NCBI GenBank assembly: GCA_965240325.2 | Contig: OZ251236.1 | Coordinates: forward strand, 744,001-808,000 | From: Rebecca billardiae RCC1528 | Taxonomy: Eukaryota > Protista > Haptophyta | Direction of reading: 5' to 3' | Length of the DNA: 64,000 bases | In this document: positions 62,604 to 64,000 of the stretch, in pieces | How the letters are laid out: each line of letters begins with the position of its first letter | Numbering within the stretch: position 1 is the first letter of the stretch | Made by a program: the position numbers and the translations under genes | The notes under the pieces: generated by a model | What the model was told of the DNA's origin: nothing | The model's database searches: none | Seen by the model: only the letters and a program-made list of their open reading frames with translations

Positions 62604-64000
62604 ATGCGCGATGCCTGGCGGGTTGGTGGTGTGGCACACGCTCTTGCTCTTGCCCTTGCTGTCATGGCGGCCCATACTGTAACAGCAAGAGCGTGGGCCG
62701 GCGCGGCAGGCAAGGACGCTGCCGTGCGCAAGCCTTCGAGGCAAGCACGCAAGGCGCGCGCGACGGCGCACGCGTGTGCGTGCTCAAGCGTGTGTGACGT
62801 GGAGGCCACTCTCAAGGACGCTTCCGCCTGCTTCGACCCGATCGCGCGGTGCGTCCCGCGGGTGCGGTGGTACACGCCGCCGCGTGACGTCGGGCGGCCC
62901 GCCGACGCGCTCAACTATTCGCTCGCCCTCCTCGACTGGAACACCGTGTATCGCATCTCCGACCTCGCGCGCGCGCGCGGCGAGCGCTTCCGACTCGACT
63001 CGATGATCATTCTCTGCGAGCCCCGCTACCGCGGCACGCTGCTGCGCGACGCGCTCGCGCGGGTCTCTCGGCTGAATGGGACCTCGATGAGCTCGCTCGA
63101 CCACGCCGCCGTGGAGGCGGCCGTCGCCGCCTCCACCGAGGGCGGCGGCCAGCTCGGCCATGTGCGACTGCTGGGCAAGACGGGACCGAACGGGGTGACC
63201 ATCCAGCACGGGCTGATGGCGCGCGCGCTCGTCGAGCTCATGCGCGACCGGCTGGAGCGGGGGCAGTGCGAGGCGGCGCCGGCGCACGCCGTCGTCGTGT
63301 ACACGCGGCTGGGCGATGCCGTCGACGCCAACTACATCGAGCCGCTGCTCGAGCGGCTCGATCTCGAGCTGGAGGCCACCCGGACAGACGGGGCGCACGA
63401 CGCGCTCGTACAGCCGCTGCTGCCCCATCATCATCATCATCATCATGTTGATCGAGGCGGCGGGCGGAAGAGCGCCGCCGCCGCCACCGCCACCGCCACG
63501 CCAGTGCGGGAGGTGGTGATCAGCGGCGTGCTCAACTACGCGACGAACCCGCTGCGCGTGCGCGGGGACAGCACGCTCGCGTACGCGCACAGGGCGGAAA
63601 TGGACCGGCTCTCCGCGGACGTGGTCGACAGGCTCGTGCAGCGCGCCCACGCGCGCGGGCTGCGCGCCAGCGTGCGCTCCGAGCCGGACGCGGACCGCGA
63701 CCTGTGCTACTACGTGCTCTCGCCGCACGTGGTGACGGGCACGCACGGCGGGTTCCCGCTGTTCGTGCAGCTGCTGCGCCGCACGGCGGGGCTGCCCATC
63801 CCCGCCTGGGAGGGCAAGGGGCTGTACTCCACTCTGCCCAAGCACGCGTGCGCGTGCGCGCGCGCGTGCGCGCCGTGGGAGCGCGCGACGGTGGCGCGCT
63901 GCGTCGACCCGCTCCGTCGCTGCGGCACGGCGGCAATCAGGTGGTGGTCCTCGCCGAAGCGCAACGCGAGCACGCAGCTCGGGTACCAGCTCGCCGTCGT
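62604..64000 (+). CDS. Partial (runs off window) secreted or type-II membrane glycosyltransferase-like protein with a tandem duplicated domain
   Basis: Manually translated open frame absent from the track (no stop in window): MRDAWRVGGVAHALALALAVMAA...YRISDL...VVVYTRLGD...DADRDLCYYVLSPHVVTGTHGGF, resembling HxRxGD-type (GT11-like) fucosyltransferase folds. His7 at 63426-63446. Confidence 0.72.
   Translation, partial: MRDAWRVGGVAHALALALAVMAAHTVTARAWAGAAGKDAAVRKPSRQARKARATAHACACSSVCDVEATLKDASACFDPIARCVPRVRWYTPPRDVGRPADALNYSLALLDWNTVYRISDLARARGERFRLDSMIILCEPRYRGTLLRDALARVSRLNGTSMSSLDHAAVEAAVAASTEGGGQLGHVRLLGKTGPNGVTIQHGLMARALVELMRDRLERGQCEAAPAHAVVVYTRLGDAVDANYIEPLLERLDLELEATRTDGAHDALVQPLLPHHHHHHHVDRGGGRKSAAAATATATPVREVVISGVLNYATNPLRVRGDSTLAYAHRAEMDRLSADVVDRLVQRAHARGLRASVRSEPDADRDLCYYVLSPHVVTGTHGGFPLFVQLLRRTAGLPIPAWEGKGLYSTLPKHACACARACAPWERATVARCVDPLRRCGTAAIRWWSSPKRNASTQLGYQLAV

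Noticed and set aside
1-64000. tRNA or rRNA genes
   Set aside because: No cloverleaf or rRNA signature recognised by eye; tRNAscan-SE or Infernal would be needed to exclude them.

Overview
Very GC-rich (roughly 70% by eye) eukaryotic genomic DNA with short GT-AG introns (GTGCG donors). Composition and gene style suggest a haptophyte such as Pavlovophyceae; this is inference. Ten protein-coding genes can be supported: (1) DHHC palmitoyltransferase; (2) a ~2180-aa type-I membrane protein with Pro-rich stalks, 24 'GCTD' Cys repeats, a bacterial-adhesin-like domain and a cytosolic IQ motif; (3) a psq-type HTH protein with three copies of an unrecognised domain ending in a bZIP-like basic helix; (4) a ~6595-aa polycystin-1-like receptor (LRR heads, ~2800-aa SPPP stalk, IPT, REJ, GPS, 5 TM, EF-hand, no channel domain); (5) a PA-domain/7TM receptor fused to a HET/TIR-like domain; (6) its head-to-head PA/7TM paralog without that domain; (7) a SET/MYND-TPR-2OG oxygenase fusion; (8) kynurenine/glutamine aminotransferase; (9) myotubularin with a VPS13/ATG2_C-like insert; (10) a partial, tandem-domain glycosyltransferase-like gene. 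Intergenic DNA holds five co-oriented 3' fragments of one T-tailed (minus-strand A-tailed) non-LTR retroelement, DNA-transposon-like remnants, a long perfect hairpin and microsatellites. The best candidate for an undescribed system is the divergent PA-7TM / PA-7TM-HET(TIR-like) receptor pair. All domain calls come from motif recognition by eye, not database searches.
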